NCBI GenBank assembly: GCA_947501605.1 | Contig: CANMWZ010000006.1 | Span: 1 to 64,000, forward strand | Direction of reading: 5' to 3' | DNA: 64,000 bases | From: Planctomycetota bacterium | GTDB lineage: Bacteria; Planctomycetota; UBA1135; UBA2386 | Shown here: positions 1 to 8,834 of the stretch, one piece after another | How positions within the stretch are numbered: position 1 is the first letter of the stretch | Layout of the letters: each line of letters starts with the position of its first letter | Notes under the pieces: model-generated | Told to the model about the DNA's origin: nothing | Seen by the model: only the letters and a program-made list of their open reading frames with translations | The model's database searches: none | Made by a program: the position numbers and the translations under genes

Positions 1-1
1 A

Positions 2-286
2 AAGGACGCACTCGAGTCCGCGGGGTTAGCTGACGTAGCCTCCCTGCTCGCAGGGCGGACGACGCACAAGCTGCAGGGACTTGAAGTCGATGGGCAGGCG
101 CCGCCGCCGCAACTGGTCGAAGCCCTCACGCGAACCGGGACCTACAGGAACCAGGTACACCACTCGCCGAGCAAGCTGCGGGCGACCGCGAATCAGGAAC
201 TCCACAACCTCTGGTTCGCCACAGGACATCGAAGCCCGGAGTGGCTCGACCAGCTCGCCGCGGTGCGGTTGCGCCGGAAGACCTGA
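2..286 (+). CDS. 3' end of a gene truncated by the window edge; possible HEPN-type RNase domain
   Basis: Open frame from base 2 to TGA at 284-286 (KDALESAG...TYRNQVHHSP...RRKT*); not in the ORF track because it has no start codon; contains an R-x4-H motif (RNQVHH). Confidence 0.5.
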   Translation, partial: KDALESAGLADVASLLAGRTTHKLQGLEVDGQAPPPQLVEALTRTGTYRNQVHHSPSKLRATANQELHNLWFATGHRSPEWLDQLAAVRLRRKT

Positions 287-555
287 GGAAGCCAAGCGAG
301 TTGCTTCCAAGTGCTCGAGCGATCCCAGCCACTCCGAGCCTCGCGAACCCGCCACCTGCCAGCCCGACAACTGACCGTCGGCACCTGCTGTATTTACATC
401 AAAACCGCCGGAATACAGCAGAACAGGGGTCCCGTAGAGAGTCGCGAAGTCCTCCACTGGACATGCGCGAAACCCATGCTAGAATGCCAAGAATGGCCGC
501 AGACCGGCCATTCAGTGCGTTCGCTCGATGCTGTGCTCGGAAGGGCCTGACTTGG

Positions 556-600
556 TTCCCAAGCTGAATGTCGCGGGTTCGATCCCCGCCGCCCGCTCCA
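556..600 (+). mobile_element. att site (attR-like): 3' half of tRNA-Gly(CCC) duplicated by an integrative element
   Basis: TTCCCAAGCTGAATGTCGCGGGTTCGATCCCCGCCGCCCGCTCCA contains the CCC anticodon loop, T-arm (GGTTCGATCC), 3' acceptor strand and CCA; upstream sequence lacks the complementary GCGGGCG 5' strand and D-arm. Confidence 0.8.
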
Positions 601-627
601 GTTTTCTCACGCAACCGCGCCGCGCGC

Positions 628-1344
628 TCACCGCGCAATTGCCGCCAGCGCCCCGGCCTTCGGCAGAACGATCCACCCTTCGCTCAACGCGACCGGATCC
701 TCCGACGGCGCATCCGCGAGCCCGACCTTCGCCGCCCGCGCGACGAGACTCGCGACCAGCGCGTCGAACGCATCATCCGACCTCCGCAGGAGAGCCTGCT
801 GCTCGCCGCGCAGATCGAGCCACGGCGCCGTGGCCAACATCCTGTCGACGAGTTGGCCCAAACCCGCTAGTCGGTCCTTCCCCTTGTAGCTCCCATCCAC
901 CAAGCCCCATCTGCGAAGGGCCGCAGCGGGATACACCTCCATCGTGCGCTCCCACGCAGCTGGATCCACCAACCGGAGCCGCTCTCGCAACCCGTGGCAA
1001 CGCATCGCAACCACGCCGATGAGATCTGACGAGACGCTGAGCGGCCACCGCCCCGTCTCTCGGTGCACATGATGATCCGTGGCACGAAAGCGCAGCTCGT
1101 CTCGGCGCTTGCTCGTCCACGCTTCTTGCTGCGTCTTCCCGGACACCAGTTCCACGAACGGTGCCGGCCACCCGAAGGGCGCGTCGATTCCCACTGCGTC
1201 GACATCCGTGGCAAGCGACACGATGGCGTCGTCATCCGCGCCCACCACGAGTTGGCGGATGCATGCAGAGCAGTCCGCCCATTCGACCACGCACGTTGCC
1301 GTGCGCGCTGCGGAGGAGGCGAGATCCACGCCGAGGGTCTTCAC
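628..1344 (-). CDS. DUF429 family protein (predicted RNase H-like nuclease)
   Basis: Motifs GVDLAS, GIDAPFGWP, R.TD, EVYPAA, DAFDALVA; probable GTG start at 1344. Confidence 0.85.
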   Translation of the reverse strand: MKTLGVDLASSAARTATCVVEWADCSACIRQLVVGADDDAIVSLATDVDAVGIDAPFGWPAPFVELVSGKTQQEAWTSKRRDELRFRATDHHVHRETGRWPLSVSSDLIGVVAMRCHGLRERLRLVDPAAWERTMEVYPAAALRRWGLVDGSYKGKDRLAGLGQLVDRMLATAPWLDLRGEQQALLRRSDDAFDALVASLVARAAKVGLADAPSEDPVALSEGWIVLPKAGALAAIAR

Positions 1345-1865
1345 ACGTATGCCCCCCGGATGGGAATGCACGCGCGCGCGCGGGTCGCCGTGAAGCAGCA
1401 GACGAACGACCTGCAGGAAGGAGTGGGCACGACAGCCAGAGGATACCGGTGTGACAGTTGCTCAATCCTCGGTCTCGCCCGATTACTGCCAGCTCCAAGT
1501 CGACTGCGGCGCGATCAGCCGCGATCACTTTCCCGGAGACTACGCCTGCTCGGAGGGCACCTAACTCTACGAGGAGTGAAGCTCTGTTCGGGCCGCCGAC
1601 CCTGAGCGTGCAGTTCGGGTGGGCATACGAAACCAACTGCCGCCAGCTCGGCTTCGGCGCCTTCCCCGCCTGGAGCGATGCACCGGCACGATTCGCAGAT
1701 CTGCGCAATCGGTAGAGAGGATGAGAGCGGGAAGCAGACACGAAACGATCCGCGGGCTTGCGGCTCCCCGAAGAGCGAACCCGAGCCACCTGACCAGACA
1801 CCTCCTCTCAATCACCGAAGGGATCATACCCCCCTGCGACCTCCCACGTAGACTCCTGGCCAACG

Positions 1866-4800
1866 ATGATGTCCGAGGAACAGGGCCTTGGCCTCGATCT
1901 CGAGCTCGGCAATCAGGAAGCCCTTATCGAAGTGGGTGCCACTGCCGGAAACCGCGAGTTCCGGTTCACACCGAAGGGGCATCAAGCCGCCGCGCTCGCA
2001 GCGCTCGACGCCTTCGCCTCACCAGCGACCTTCGTCTTTGGCCACAACATCCTGTGGCATGACCTGCCTTGGCTACGGAAGCACGCACCGCATCTCGCGA
2101 TCCACCAGAAGCCCGCCGTCGACACACTCGTCCTCTCTGCCATCGCCTTCGCCGAGCATCCGTACCACGCACTGCTGAAGGATTACAAGCTCGTCCGGGA
2201 TGCAGTGAACGACCCCGTTGCAGACGCGCGCATCGCAGCCCGTCTGCTGACCGACGCTGTCCAACGCCTACGCGAACTCGCGACTGCGAACCCGCGGTTC
2301 GGGAGGGTGGTGCGCTCTCTCGGGGAACAAGGCCTGTCCTCGATCAGCGATCAAGCAGTTGCCGGAATCGCGCTGGCGTTCGACGACATCAGCCCTTCGT
2401 CCACAGATCTCGACAGCGACCTCCGATCCCTGCTCGCCGATCGAACCTGCACGACCGCCCTCGACTCGCTGCTCCCGATCTCCAAGCTACCCAGCGAACA
2501 CATCCTCGCCTTCATGTTCGTGGTCGCCTGGCTGCGCGTCGCGGGCACGCACGACGCAACCTCGCCATCCGTCGTCATGCCATGGGTGAGACGCCAGATG
2601 CCTCTCGTCAACCGCATCCTGCACGAGCTACGCGACGTGCCATGCGCACGCGTCGACTGCCATTGGTGCCGTAGCGTGCACGATCCGGTCGCACAGCTGA
2701 AACGCTGGTTCCAGTACACAGACTTCCGCAGCACGCCGACGCTGAAGGACAGCGACCGGCCCGCGCAGCGCGCGATCGTCGACGCCGGCTTCGCGGACCG
2801 ACCGCACCTCGCATTGCTGCCCACGGGCGGTGGCAAATCGCTGTGCTTCCAGTTGCCCGCGATCAACCGCTACCTGCGCCGCGGCTGCCTGACGATCGTC
2901 ATCTCTCCCCTGCAAGCGCTGATGCACGACCAAGTCGACAACTTCGTCAAGAAGACCAACGCACCGTGCGCGGTTGCGTTGACCGGCCGCCTCACACCAC
3001 CCGAACGCCGAGCAGTACTCGATGCCGTTCGCACCGGGCAGGCCGGCATTCTCTACGCATCCCCCGAACAGCTCCGCAACTCGACCTTCAAGGGCGCGAT
3101 CGCGCTCCGCGAGATCGGGGCCTGGGTCTTCGACGAAGCGCACTGCCTGTCGAAGTGGGGCCACGACTTTCGGCCCGATTACCTCTATGCCGCCCGTTTC
3201 GTCCGCGAGTTCAGTGAGAGTCAAGGCACCGCTCCGGCACCGATCGTCTGCGTGACGGCAACGGCCAAGCCAGAGGTGCGCGACGAGATCCTCGAGCACT
3301 TCCGGACTGAGCTCGGGCAGTCTCTCGACGTCTTCGACGGCCATGCCGAGCGCGAGAACCTGGCGCTTCACATCGAGGCCGTCACCGCGCACGACAAGGT
3401 CGTCCGCCTGCGCGAACTGGTGGCAGCACAGCTCACGGAATCCCCGTCGGGCAGCGTGCTAGTCTACACCGCCACACGCAGCAACGCCGAGAAGACGGCA
3501 GCACTGCTACAAGGCGCTGGCATCGAGGCCGAGGCATTCCACGCCGGTCTCGACATCCCGACCAAGAAGTCCGTGCAGCAGCGATTCCTCGACGGCGAGA
3601 GTCGCGTCGTCTGCGCGACCAATGCGTTCGGCATGGGCATAGACAAGCCGGACATCCGCCTAGTCGTGCACTTCGAGATCCCAGGCTCCCTCGAAGCCTA
3701 CGTTCAGGAGGTGGGACGCGCCGGACGCGACGGTCGACCCGCGCGAGCCGTGCTGCTGTTCGTCCGCGAAGACATCGAGACGCAGTTCCGATTCGCTGCC
3801 ACTTCGCGGCTCGATCTCCGCGACCTGCAAGGAGTCCTGCGTCGCATCCGCAACCTGTCGCACCCCTTGCGCGAGGACGGCCTGAGCGAGGCCATCTGCA
3901 CGACGGGCGAGATCCTGCGCGACGAGCAGGTCGCAGAGACGATCGACCCGAGCGATCGCGGAGCGCCGACCCGGATCGTGACGGCGATCGCTTGGCTCGA
4001 GCGAGGCAAGTTCCTCCGGCGCGACGAGAACGCGACCACGGTGTTCCAGGGGCGCCCTCTCGTGCAGACGCTCGACGAAGCGCGCCAGCGCATCGCGACC
4101 CTCAATCTGCCGGAGAAGAAGTCCAATGCATGGCTAGCGATCCTCTCGCGCCTGATGAACGCCAGCGCGGACGAAGGTTTCAGTTCGGACGACTTCCTCG
4201 GCCTGCCGGAGGTCCTCGGGGTCGTCAGTACCGAGAACACCGCCGCATCCGGTCGTTCGATCCTGCGCATCCTCGTCGACATGCAGAAGGCCCGCCTGTT
4301 GTCGACGGGCGTCCTCATGACGGCCTTCCTGCGGCACGGCATCATCGAACCGTCCAGCGCTCGTCGCGAGCGTGCGGCTTCGATGGAGATGCAGATCCTC
4401 TCGCTGCTGCGCGAACAGGAACCCGACCCGGACACCCATGCTCACTACCCGCTGAGCCTGCGCGCGTTGACCCAGGCTCTGGCCAGAGACGACACCACCA
4501 TCTCCATGGTGCATGTGCAACGGGTCCTGTCGTCGATGTCCGATCGCGCCCAGCACGCCGGGCAGCGTTCGCCTGGGCTCCGACTCGCGTTCACTACGCA
4601 CGACCACTGCCGAGTGCACGTCCACGGCAACTGGGACCAGATCGTCGCCAGTGCGAGTCGCCGCCATGCGATCGCTCAGGTCTGCCTGCAGACTCTGATC
4701 GACAAGCTTCCAGGCGCCCCGGCGAAAGGTGCCTCACTCCTGGTCGAGTTCTCGCTCGAACAGCTGCTGGCGGCGATCGACCAGAATCTGGTCTTGCGCA

Positions 4801-7091
4801 GCTCTCCATCTCCCGACCCCGGCACCGAGATCGAGTACGCGCTGCTGTTCCTCCATCGCGCCGAGGCCATCGTTCTGCACAAGGGTCTCGCGGTGTTCCG
4901 GCAGGCGATGGTCTTGCGATTGGAGAAGGCGTCCCTGTCGCGCAAGTGCACGACCGAGGAGTTCCTGCCACTCGCCCAGCATCAGGACGAGCGCGTCGTC
5001 CAGATTCATGCGATCCACGAGTTCGCACAGCGCATGGAGACGTCCGAGGCGGACGGCCTCGCGCTTCTCGACGACTACTTCCGACTGCCTCGCCCGCAGT
5101 TCCTCGAACGCTACTTCAAGCGACGCCTCGGCGAACTGGAACGAGCCACCAGCGCCGAATCGTGGCGACGCATCGTCAAGGACTTGAGCCCGGACCAGCG
5201 GCGCATCGTCGAAGCCAGCGACAACAAGTCCTTGCTGGTTCTTGCGGGCCCCGGGTCCGGCAAGACGCGCGTGATCGTGCATCGCTGCGCATACCTTCTG
5301 CGGGTCAAACGCGTTCCCGCGCGGGGAATCCTCGTGCTCTGCTTCAATCGCAGCGCCGCGTTGGAGCTCCGCCGGCGGCTGCGCGACCTCGTCGGCGACG
5401 ACGCACGTGGCGTGCTCATTCAGACCTACCACGGCATGGCAGCTCGCTTGGTCGGACGGTCTCCGGCCGACTTGCTCGACCACGCCGGCGCGCAGGACGA
5501 CGTGTTCGCAGAGATGCTGCGCGCCGCAGTCGCCCAGCTCGAAGTCGGAGTCTCCGCCGGATCCGAGGGCGACGGCGACGACCTACGCGATCGGCTGCTG
5601 ACTGGATTCCGCCACATCCTGGTCGACGAGTATCAGGACATCGACGAGGAGCAGTACCAGCTCGTGTCTGCCATCGCTGGGCGCACTGTGCGCGATCCGG
5701 ATCGCAAGTTGACCGTGCTCGCGGTCGGCGATGATGACCAGAACATCTACGAGTTCCGTCACGCCAGCGTCGAGTTCCTGCGAAGGTTCGAGGCGGACTA
5801 CCAAGCCGAACGGCTGCCGCTGGTCGAGAACTACCGTTCGACTGCGAACATTCTGGCCGCCTCCAACCAGCTCATCGCGCAGAACCAAGATCGCTTGAAG
5901 CGCGAGTGGCCGATCCGCATCGACGAAGCGCGCAAGAGCCTGTCGAACGGTGGGCGCTTCGCGAAGCTTGGTGATTCGGTCCAGGGACGGGTCCATGTTC
6001 TCCCGATCGAAAACGTCGCCTCGCAAGCAACTGCCGTCCGCCTCGAACTTCGTCGCCTGCAGGCGAGTGACCCTGAGTTTGCATGGGAGCGCTGCGCAGT
6101 GCTCTCGCCTCGGCACGCACTGCTCGATCCCGTTCGGACCGCGCTGGAATGCGAGAACATCCCGGTCCGTCGTCGCCTCGACCAGAAGACGTCGTACTCC
6201 TTGTTTCGGTTGCGTGAGGTGCAGGCTTTCCTTGCCACCGTCGAGGAACGAGCGGGCTCGGATATCGACGAAGCAGGGCTGGTCGAACTGCTGTGCAGCC
6301 TTCGCAATCAGTTCCCGCGCGAGCCGAACGTCGAGCTAGTGCGACATACGGCCAACGCGTTCGTCGAAGACCACGGCACGAGTGCGCAACCGAAGACGGC
6401 GGTGCGTGACTTCTTCGGCGAAGTCCTCCTGGAGCAACGGCGCGAACGCAGCGTCGGTGCCGGCGTGATGCTGAGTACCGTGCATGGGAGCAAGGGCGCG
6501 GAGTATGACCACGTCATCCTCCTCGACCACGGTTGGCAGCTGCGCGGACGGGACTCCTGGGAACAGCAGCGCCGCCTCTACTACGTCGGGATGACCAGAG
6601 CTCGCGAGACCCTGACCTTGATCCAGTGTCGACAAGGCGGCGCACCATGGGTGCCGTCGTTCCACGGCGAAGCGTTCTACCGGGCGAGGATCGATGCCAA
6701 CTCCTCGCACGAGCAAGTGCCCGGGCTCAGCTACCAGTTGCTCAGTCAGAAAGACATCGCGCTGTCCTTTGCCGGCCGGGTAGCGAACCATGAGTTGGTC
6801 GACAGCACTCTGCACGGACTCGCCACTGGCGATGGATTGCACTTCGAAGTTTCGGACCACGGAGTGTTCCTCGTAGCTGCGAGCGGCGTTCGGGTCGGAG
6901 CGCTTTCCAAGACGGCGGCACCCATGTGGCGTGATCTGCTGCCGCGAGTTCGCTCTGTGCGAGTCGCCGCGATCCTGCTCCGCAAGAGATCCGATGAAGG
7001 AGCTGACTATCAGGACGCGCTTCGCCGCGGGGCCTGGCAGGTCGTGATCCCGGAGATCACCCTCGACCTCGGTGGCCCAGCGTCTGCGTGA
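1866..7091 (+). CDS. RecQ-family helicase fused to an N-terminal exonuclease-like domain and a C-terminal UvrD/Rep helicase
   Basis: N-terminal LDLE/GHNILWHD/DTL; RecQ motifs PTGGGKSLCFQLPA, DEAHCLSKWGHDFRPDY, FGMGIDKPDIR, QEVGRAGRDG; UvrD motifs AGPGSGKT, DEYQD, VGDDDQNIY, ENYRS, HGSKGAEY, YVGMTRARE. Confidence 0.92.
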   Translation: MMSEEQGLGLDLELGNQEALIEVGATAGNREFRFTPKGHQAAALAALDAFASPATFVFGHNILWHDLPWLRKHAPHLAIHQKPAVDTLVLSAIAFAEHPYHALLKDYKLVRDAVNDPVADARIAARLLTDAVQRLRELATANPRFGRVVRSLGEQGLSSISDQAVAGIALAFDDISPSSTDLDSDLRSLLADRTCTTALDSLLPISKLPSEHILAFMFVVAWLRVAGTHDATSPSVVMPWVRRQMPLVNRILHELRDVPCARVDCHWCRSVHDPVAQLKRWFQYTDFRSTPTLKDSDRPAQRAIVDAGFADRPHLALLPTGGGKSLCFQLPAINRYLRRGCLTIVISPLQALMHDQVDNFVKKTNAPCAVALTGRLTPPERRAVLDAVRTGQAGILYASPEQLRNSTFKGAIALREIGAWVFDEAHCLSKWGHDFRPDYLYAARFVREFSESQGTAPAPIVCVTATAKPEVRDEILEHFRTELGQSLDVFDGHAERENLALHIEAVTAHDKVVRLRELVAAQLTESPSGSVLVYTATRSNAEKTAALLQGAGIEAEAFHAGLDIPTKKSVQQRFLDGESRVVCATNAFGMGIDKPDIRLVVHFEIPGSLEAYVQEVGRAGRDGRPARAVLLFVREDIETQFRFAATSRLDLRDLQGVLRRIRNLSHPLREDGLSEAICTTGEILRDEQVAETIDPSDRGAPTRIVTAIAWLERGKFLRRDENATTVFQGRPLVQTLDEARQRIATLNLPEKKSNAWLAILSRLMNASADEGFSSDDFLGLPEVLGVVSTENTAASGRSILRILVDMQKARLLSTGVLMTAFLRHGIIEPSSARRERAASMEMQILSLLREQEPDPDTHAHYPLSLRALTQALARDDTTISMVHVQRVLSSMSDRAQHAGQRSPGLRLAFTTHDHCRVHVHGNWDQIVASASRRHAIAQVCLQTLIDKLPGAPAKGASLLVEFSLEQLLAAIDQNLVLRSSPSPDPGTEIEYALLFLHRAEAIVLHKGLAVFRQAMVLRLEKASLSRKCTTEEFLPLAQHQDERVVQIHAIHEFAQRMETSEADGLALLDDYFRLPRPQFLERYFKRRLGELERATSAESWRRIVKDLSPDQRRIVEASDNKSLLVLAGPGSGKTRVIVHRCAYLLRVKRVPARGILVLCFNRSAALELRRRLRDLVGDDARGVLIQTYHGMAARLVGRSPADLLDHAGAQDDVFAEMLRAAVAQLEVGVSAGSEGDGDDLRDRLLTGFRHILVDEYQDIDEEQYQLVSAIAGRTVRDPDRKLTVLAVGDDDQNIYEFRHASVEFLRRFEADYQAERLPLVENYRSTANILAASNQLIAQNQDRLKREWPIRIDEARKSLSNGGRFAKLGDSVQGRVHVLPIENVASQATAVRLELRRLQASDPEFAWERCAVLSPRHALLDPVRTALECENIPVRRRLDQKTSYSLFRLREVQAFLATVEERAGSDIDEAGLVELLCSLRNQFPREPNVELVRHTANAFVEDHGTSAQPKTAVRDFFGEVLLEQRRERSVGAGVMLSTVHGSKGAEYDHVILLDHGWQLRGRDSWEQQRRLYYVGMTRARETLTLIQCRQGGAPWVPSFHGEAFYRARIDANSSHEQVPGLSYQLLSQKDIALSFAGRVANHELVDSTLHGLATGDGLHFEVSDHGVFLVAASGVRVGALSKTAAPMWRDLLPRVRSVRVAAILLRKRSDEGADYQDALRRGAWQVVIPEITLDLGGPASA

Positions 7092-7142
7092 GGCATCAGG
7101 CCTTCCGTTCCAGCTACAGTCAACTCGCAGACCGCGCCCACC

Positions 7143-7320
7143 TCACCCGCCCTTCGCCGCCAGCGCCTTCGCGAGGCGCACCAAGTCCACCACCTGCACT
7201 CGCTCCACCGTCTCCCTGAACAGAGGACCGAAGTCGCGCTTGTCCCCAGTCGCGAAGTGCGTGCACCCAGAACGGATCGCGGCACACAACAGGGGCCGGT
7301 GCTCTTGCCTCAGGTACGCT
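7143..7320 (-). pseudogene. C-terminal remnant of a PIN-domain (VapC-like) toxin
   Basis: RPLLCAAIRSGCTHFATGDKRDFGPLF matches PIN C-termini; the N-terminal acidic PIN motif is absent. Confidence 0.6.
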
Positions 7321-7441
7321 ACTTCGGTAGCAGCTTGCCGATCGCGTTGTCGGCGCGGGCAAACTTGGCGATGCCAATCTCGGTGTTGATCTCGAGCGGT
7401 ACGCCCAGCACCGGTCGGATGAGCAGGCCCTACTCCCGCAT
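7319..7441 (-). pseudogene. C-terminal remnant of an AbrB/MazE-type antitoxin
   Basis: Frame reads MRE*GLLIRPVLGVPLEINTEIGIAKFARAD...K*; an in-frame TAG sits just before the GLLIRP motif typical of AbrB antitoxins paired with PIN toxins. Confidence 0.5.
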
Positions 7442-7445
7442 TCAC

Positions 7446-7778
7446 CTACTCGTCGGGCGGCCCATCGAAGATCCCTTCCAGATCACGAGCCCCGTGCAGG
7501 ACACGCACGACCTCGATGCCGAAGTCCCGCGGCAGGTAGAAGACCAAGTGGTTCTCGAATCCCTGCACGCGAAAGGAGCGCAAGCCCTGGAGCTCAAGCC
7601 GGGAGAAGCGCACTTCACGGCCGAGCCCTGTGTATTCCACCAAAGTGTCGAACGTAGCTTCCGCGCATTCGAGGAAGCGAAGGCCGACCTGCAGACTGCC
7701 GTGGTCGACCAAGTAGATCGCACATTCCTCGAGGTCTCGCTTCGCCTGCGGAGTCTTGTGTGCACGACTCCCCGCCAT
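7446..7778 (-). CDS. parE: Type II TA toxin, ParE/RelE family
   Basis: TPQAKRDLEE..Y, GLRSFRV..F.NHLVFY, IEVVRVLHGARDL. Confidence 0.9.
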   Translation of the reverse strand: MAGSRAHKTPQAKRDLEECAIYLVDHGSLQVGLRFLECAEATFDTLVEYTGLGREVRFSRLELQGLRSFRVQGFENHLVFYLPRDFGIEVVRVLHGARDLEGIFDGPPDE

Positions 7779-8035
7779 CAGCCCTCGCGACCCGTGACGC
7801 GTTTGCGGAGCCCATCGCGAAGCTCCTTCCAGTCTGCCTTGGTCATCTCCGACGCGGAGCCAGAGTTCAGGCCCTCGAGGAGCTTCCGCTCCAACTCCTC
7901 GCGTGCGAGCGCGCGCTGCTCGCGACGAATCAGGTCACGGATGTAATCGCTCACCGTGGAGTAGCTGCCCTGATGCACTTGCTGGTCGATGAACTCCTTC
8001 TGCGTGCGCGGCAGAGAGACGTTCATGGTGGTCAT
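7778..8035 (-). CDS. parD: Type II TA antitoxin, ParD1 family (ribbon-helix-helix)
   Basis: MTTMNVSLP...FIDQQV..GSYSTVSDYIRDLIR, LLEGLNSG; stop overlaps the toxin start. Confidence 0.9.
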   Translation of the reverse strand: MTTMNVSLPRTQKEFIDQQVHQGSYSTVSDYIRDLIRREQRALAREELERKLLEGLNSGSASEMTKADWKELRDGLRKRVTGREG

Positions 8036-8081
8036 GTCCCGTTCAGCGCTCATGGGTGGAAGATAACCCATCAGCACGCCT

Positions 8082-8098
8082 TTGGCAACTTTTGCCAA
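8082..8098. promoter_or_regulatory. Palindromic operator upstream of parD (probable autorepression site)
   Basis: TTGGCAA-ctt-TTGCCAA, a perfect 7-bp inverted repeat ~50 bp upstream of the antitoxin start. Confidence 0.6.
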
Positions 8099-8173
8099 GA
8101 AGCCGGTGCTCCGGCTTGACCTAAGGACTTGGACAAAGCGAGCCATCGAGCCCGCCTAGGGTCCACCACCCCC

Positions 8174-8557
8174 CTACCCGATCCCAACCCCGCCAAACCG
8201 CACCCCACCCTTCGTCATCACCACCATCGGTAGCACCCGCACCCCATCCCGCCACCCCTCCGGCAACTGCTCCACCGCCAACGGCGCCGTCGCCCGCAAC
8301 AGCGCCAGCACGAACTCCCGCGGCGCGATCCCGGCAAAGCCCCGCCCGACGTGGTCCTGCCCCGTCGACTGCTTCACCAGCACGCGCAGCGCTTCCGCCT
8401 CCTTCGCGTCCTTGGTCACGATCAGCCCGACCAGCTCCTCCTCGCCGTTCTGGGCCAGCATCTCGCGCGCGTCCTTGGCCAGATCCTCGCGATACTGCTC
8501 CAGCAACTCGTACGACTCCTGCTGCTCACCGAAGTTCAAGAACGGATCATCCGCCAC
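8174..8557 (-). CDS. Hypothetical protein (127 aa), third gene of a putative operon
   Basis: GTG start preceded by GAGGAG; coding-like codon usage; acidic N-terminal helix. Confidence 0.75.
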   Translation of the reverse strand: MADDPFLNFGEQQESYELLEQYREDLAKDAREMLAQNGEEELVGLIVTKDAKEAEALRVLVKQSTGQDHVGRGFAGIAPREFVLALLRATAPLAVEQLPEGWRDGVRVLPMVVMTKGGVRFGGVGIG

Positions 8558-8591
8558 GACATGCTCCTCGCGGCGTTGCGCCGCTGTTGGT

Positions 8592-8798
8592 TCAACTCCA
8601 GGTCACCACGAACTCGCCGCTGCTGCCGGCTTTGGCTTCCGCCACGACGCGCGTGGCCCCTTCGAACGACACCGCGGCTTGGCACGCGGCGCCGACGTTC
8701 TTGTTCGGGACGGTCACCGACTGCTCCGCCGCAGCCGCAGCAACCGCCTTCGAACCCGGCTTCTTCGCCGCCTTCTTGCTCGTCTTCTTCGTCGCCAT
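8592..8798 (-). CDS. Small hypothetical protein (68 aa) with a Lys-rich N-terminal tail
   Basis: ATG preceded by AGGAG; MATKKTSKKAAKK followed by a short beta-rich domain. Confidence 0.75.
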   Translation of the reverse strand: MATKKTSKKAAKKPGSKAVAAAAAEQSVTVPNKNVGAACQAAVSFEGATRVVAEAKAGSSGEFVVTWS

Positions 8799-8834
8799 TC
8801 GAACTCTCCTACGACCCTCGACAGTGGCCCACGA

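Noticed and set aside
26..457. 143-aa minus-strand ORF
   Set aside because: No motifs; the plus-strand frame 2-286 looks more protein-like, and the remainder overlaps non-coding att-proximal DNA
525..600. Complete tRNA-Gly gene
   Set aside because: No 5' acceptor strand or D-arm; only the 3' 45 nt are tRNA-like
1380..1865. Short ORFs between DUF429 and the helicase (e.g. 1458-1715)
   Set aside because: Some coding-like codons suggest a decayed gene, but no family is recognisable
8146..8168. TCGAGCCCGCCTAGGGTCCACCA resembling a tRNA/tmRNA 3' end (possible second att)
   Set aside because: No intact T-arm, does not match the Gly fragment, and merges into a C-rich low-complexity tract
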